Assembly: GCA_030831315.1 (NCBI GenBank) | Contig: JAURLI010000003.1 | Span: 18,884 to 82,883, forward strand | Length of the DNA: 64,000 nucleotides | Origin: Alphaproteobacteria bacterium | GTDB taxonomy: Bacteria; Pseudomonadota; Alphaproteobacteria; SMXQ01 | Reading direction: 5' to 3' | Shown: positions 59,067 through 64,000 of the stretch, in pieces | Layout: each line of letters begins with the position of its first letter | Numbering within the stretch: the first letter of the stretch is position 1 | Notes under the pieces: generated by a model | What the model was told of the DNA's origin: nothing | Database searches by the model: none | The model's input: only the letters and a program-made list of their open reading frames with translations | Made by a program: the position numbers and the translations under genes

Positions 59067-60185
59067 ATGAAATTCACGATCGAACGTTCCGCTCTGCTCC
59101 GCTCCCTCGGTCATGTCCAGAGTATCGTTGAACGGCGGAACACCATTCCCATTCTCAACAACGTCCTGATGAACACGTCGAAGGGCAAGCTCCGGCTGAC
59201 CGCTACCGACATGGAACTGGCCATCGCCGAAAGCGTGGCGGCGGAAACAGGCGGCAACGCCGCGATCACGGCGCCGGCGCACACGTTCTACGACATCGTG
59301 CGCAAGCTGCCCGAAGGCGCCCAGGTCGAGGTCGAGACCACCGACGGCGACAGCCAGATGGCGGTGCGCTCGGGCCGCTATGCCTCGCAGCTCGCCTGCC
59401 TGCCCCCCGCCGATTTCCCGGCGCTCGGCGAAGACGACCTGCCGACCGCCTTCACCGTTCCCGCCGATGCCGTGAAGGCGCTGGTCGACCACACCCGCTT
59501 CGCCATCTCGACCGAGGAAACGCGCTATTACCTGAACGGCATTTACCTGCATGCCGCCAAGCGCGACGGCACGCCCGTGCTGCGCGCGGTCGCTACCGAC
59601 GGCCATCGCCTCGCCCGTTTCGACGTGCCGCTGCCCAAGGGCGCGGCCGACATGCCGGGCGTCATTGTGCCGCGCAAGATGGTCGCCGAATGGCGCAAGC
59701 TGATCGACGAATCGGATTCGGACATCGAGGTCGCCCTGTCGGACGCCAAGATCCGCATTTCCTTCGATGACGTGACCCTGACCTCGAAACTGATCGACGG
59801 CACCTTCCCCGATTACGATCGTGTCATCCCCAAGGGCAACGAGCGCGTCATGAACGTCCCCTGCAAGGACTTCGCTGCCGCGGTCGACCGCGTTTCAACC
59901 ATTTCCACGGAAAAGTCCCGGGCAGTGAAGCTGGCCCTTGCCAAGGGGATACTGACCCTGTCCGCGACGTCGCTTGATCAGGGCAGCGCCGAGGAAGCAC
60001 TCGAGGTCGATTACACGGGCGATGCCATCGAAGTCGGCTTCAATTCCCGCTACCTGCTCGACATTGCCGGGCAGGTTCAGGGCGAAAGGGCGCAGTTCCG
60101 CCTGGGCGACGCAGCCTCAGCCGCCATCGTCGGCGATTCGGACGATGCGAACGCGCTCTACGTCCTGATGCCGATGCGGGTGTGA
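59067..60185 (+). CDS. dnaN: DNA polymerase III beta sliding clamp
   Basis: 'MKFTIERSALLRSLGHVQSIVERRNTIPILNNVLM'. Three-domain length. Confidence 0.95.
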   Translation: MKFTIERSALLRSLGHVQSIVERRNTIPILNNVLMNTSKGKLRLTATDMELAIAESVAAETGGNAAITAPAHTFYDIVRKLPEGAQVEVETTDGDSQMAVRSGRYASQLACLPPADFPALGEDDLPTAFTVPADAVKALVDHTRFAISTEETRYYLNGIYLHAAKRDGTPVLRAVATDGHRLARFDVPLPKGAADMPGVIVPRKMVAEWRKLIDESDSDIEVALSDAKIRISFDDVTLTSKLIDGTFPDYDRVIPKGNERVMNVPCKDFAAAVDRVSTISTEKSRAVKLALAKGILTLSATSLDQGSAEEALEVDYTGDAIEVGFNSRYLLDIAGQVQGERAQFRLGDAASAAIVGDSDDANALYVLMPMRV

Positions 60186-60201
60186 TCGCCTTGGCGGGCG
60201 C

Positions 60202-61425
60202 GTGGAGGCGGTACTGAACGCGGTATCCCTGGCCCATACCAATCCGGGTGCCAATCCGGGACCCGAGTCCCGGCCCGGTCGGGCGACGCTGGCGGTGCTT
60301 GGGCTCAGGCTTACCGCCTATCGCAACTACCCTGAATTACGCCTCGACCTCGACCCCCGGCCGGTGGTGCTGACAGGCCTCAACGGCGCGGGCAAGACCA
60401 ACCTCATGGAAGCGGTATCCTATCTCGGACCGGGGCGCGGCCTGCGCGGCGCGCGCCTGATCGATGTCGATCTCAAGGGCCGTGCCGAAGACCGGCCCTG
60501 GGCGGTCGCGGCGACGGTGCAGGACGCCCATGGCGCCTTCGCCGTGGGCACCGGGCGCGATGGCGCCTCGGCCACGGCGCGGCGCATCGTGCGCCTCGAC
60601 GGCAAGCCCGCCTCTGGCCCGGCCGCTCTTGCCGAACGTATCGCGGTGCTGTGGTTGACGCCTGCGCAGGATCGCCTGTTCCTCGACCGGCCCAACGCGC
60701 GAAGGCGCTACCTCGACAAGCTAGTGGCGGCGCTGCAGCCTGAACACGCGAGCCTTCTCAACGATTACGAAAAGGCGCTGCGCGAACGCGCGCGCCTGCT
60801 CAAGGGTCAGTCGGCGGGCGAAGGTGCGGCCGATCCGGCCTGGCTTTCGGCGCTTGAGCGCTCCATGGCCGAAACCGGCATCGCCATTGCTGCTGCGCGC
60901 CGCCAGGCGGCGGCCGACCTCACCCGTGCTGCGGCCGATGGCATCGGCCCGTTTCCCGCCGCCCGCATCCGCGCCGAAGGCGACGCCGAGGGCTGGCTCG
61001 GCGAAGGCCCGGCGCTTGATGCCGAAGATCGCCTTGCCGCGGCGCTTGCCGCCGCCCGCGGGCGCGACGGGGAAATCGGCGGCGCCTCGGCGGGGCCGCA
61101 TCGTTCCGACATGGTCGTCGAACACTGTGCCCGGGCGCTGCCCGCGGCGGAACTGTCGACCGGCGAACAGAAGACGCTGCTTGTTTCCATCATCTTCGCC
61201 GCCGCGCGCCTTCAGGCGGCGCGGCGCGGCTTCGCGCCGATCCTGCTGCTCGATGAAGTGGCGGCCCATCTCGACGCCGTGCATCGTGCGGCACTCTATT
61301 CAGAGATCGCCGCCCTTGGTGCCCAGGCCTGGATGACCGGCACCGATCCGGCGCTGTTCGCGCCGCTCGGGCGCGACGCAAATTTCCTGACCGTGACCGC
61401 CGGACGCGTGCGCGCCACGGATTGA
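60202..61425 (+). CDS. recF: DNA replication and repair protein RecF
   Basis: 'LRLTAYRNY' and Walker A 'LTGLNGAGKTNLMEA'. The ORF opens with GTG at 60202, but the true start is probably the internal GTG near 60295 ('MLGLRLTAYRNY'). Confidence 0.88.
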   Translation: MEAVLNAVSLAHTNPGANPGPESRPGRATLAVLGLRLTAYRNYPELRLDLDPRPVVLTGLNGAGKTNLMEAVSYLGPGRGLRGARLIDVDLKGRAEDRPWAVAATVQDAHGAFAVGTGRDGASATARRIVRLDGKPASGPAALAERIAVLWLTPAQDRLFLDRPNARRRYLDKLVAALQPEHASLLNDYEKALRERARLLKGQSAGEGAADPAWLSALERSMAETGIAIAAARRQAAADLTRAAADGIGPFPAARIRAEGDAEGWLGEGPALDAEDRLAAALAAARGRDGEIGGASAGPHRSDMVVEHCARALPAAELSTGEQKTLLVSIIFAAARLQAARRGFAPILLLDEVAAHLDAVHRAALYSEIAALGAQAWMTGTDPALFAPLGRDANFLTVTAGRVRATD

Positions 61426-61444
61426 ACCCGCAAATGAACCGTAG

Positions 61445-63931
<2,487 letters not shown>

Positions 63932-63945
63932 CGAAGGGCGCGACA

Positions 63946-64000
63946 TGAGTGCAAAGCCCCGCATCGGCCTGCTGCTTGGGGATCCCAACGGCATCGGGCC
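63946..64000 (+). CDS. pdxA: 5' end of a probable 4-hydroxythreonine-4-phosphate dehydrogenase (truncated by the window edge)
   Basis: 'PRIGLLLGDPNGIGP' resembles the PdxA N-terminal GDPxGIGPE motif. Only 18 codons are visible. Confidence 0.4.

Overview
GC-rich (~65%) alphaproteobacterial chromosomal core segment. Almost every gene is a recognisable housekeeping gene, and protein-coding density is high (about 60 CDS). I found no rRNA, tRNA, CRISPR array, transposase, integrase or phage gene. Gene order, 5'->3': maeB(-); mutS(+); a small catabolic island (SDR, Asp/Glu-racemase-family, LldD-like FMN dehydrogenase, isochorismatase-family); glnD-murJ-trpS; tauE/safE - TIGR02186-like - uspA; nfuA; three cell-wall enzymes (glucosaminidase-domain protein, polysaccharide deacetylase, D-Ala-D-Ala dipeptidase); tsaB-rimI; tusA-like; mucR/ros; fur/mur - olsB - olsA (ornithine lipid); miaB-phoH-ybeY-corC-lnt; XRE regulator; metK; trmB; rimP-nusA-ylxR-infB-rbfA-truB-rpsO-pnp; nitronate monooxygenase; irr followed by an Irr-box/ICE-controlled rubrerythrin - CCG-type Fe-S oxidoreductase - DUF3501 operon; then on the minus strand SH3b protein, moeB/thiF-family, cysK, a Cys-less (CymR-like) Rrf2 regulator, dut-coaBC and ubiE-ubiB; mutM; rpsT; a rhodanese gene; and the replication-initiation cluster dnaA-dnaN-recF-gyrB (plus the start of pdxA). 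The long minus-strand ORFs lying antisense to the plus-strand genes (for example 40355..43081, 24243..26573, 35629..37602) are high-GC frame artefacts. The most interesting content is regulatory or poorly characterised: a near-perfect Irr box in front of the rubrerythrin/Fe-S/DUF3501 operon, directly downstream of irr; the conserved but uncharacterised tauE-TIGR02186-uspA module; a CymR-like Rrf2-cysK-moeB-SH3b operon; and a lysine-rich tail on GlnD.
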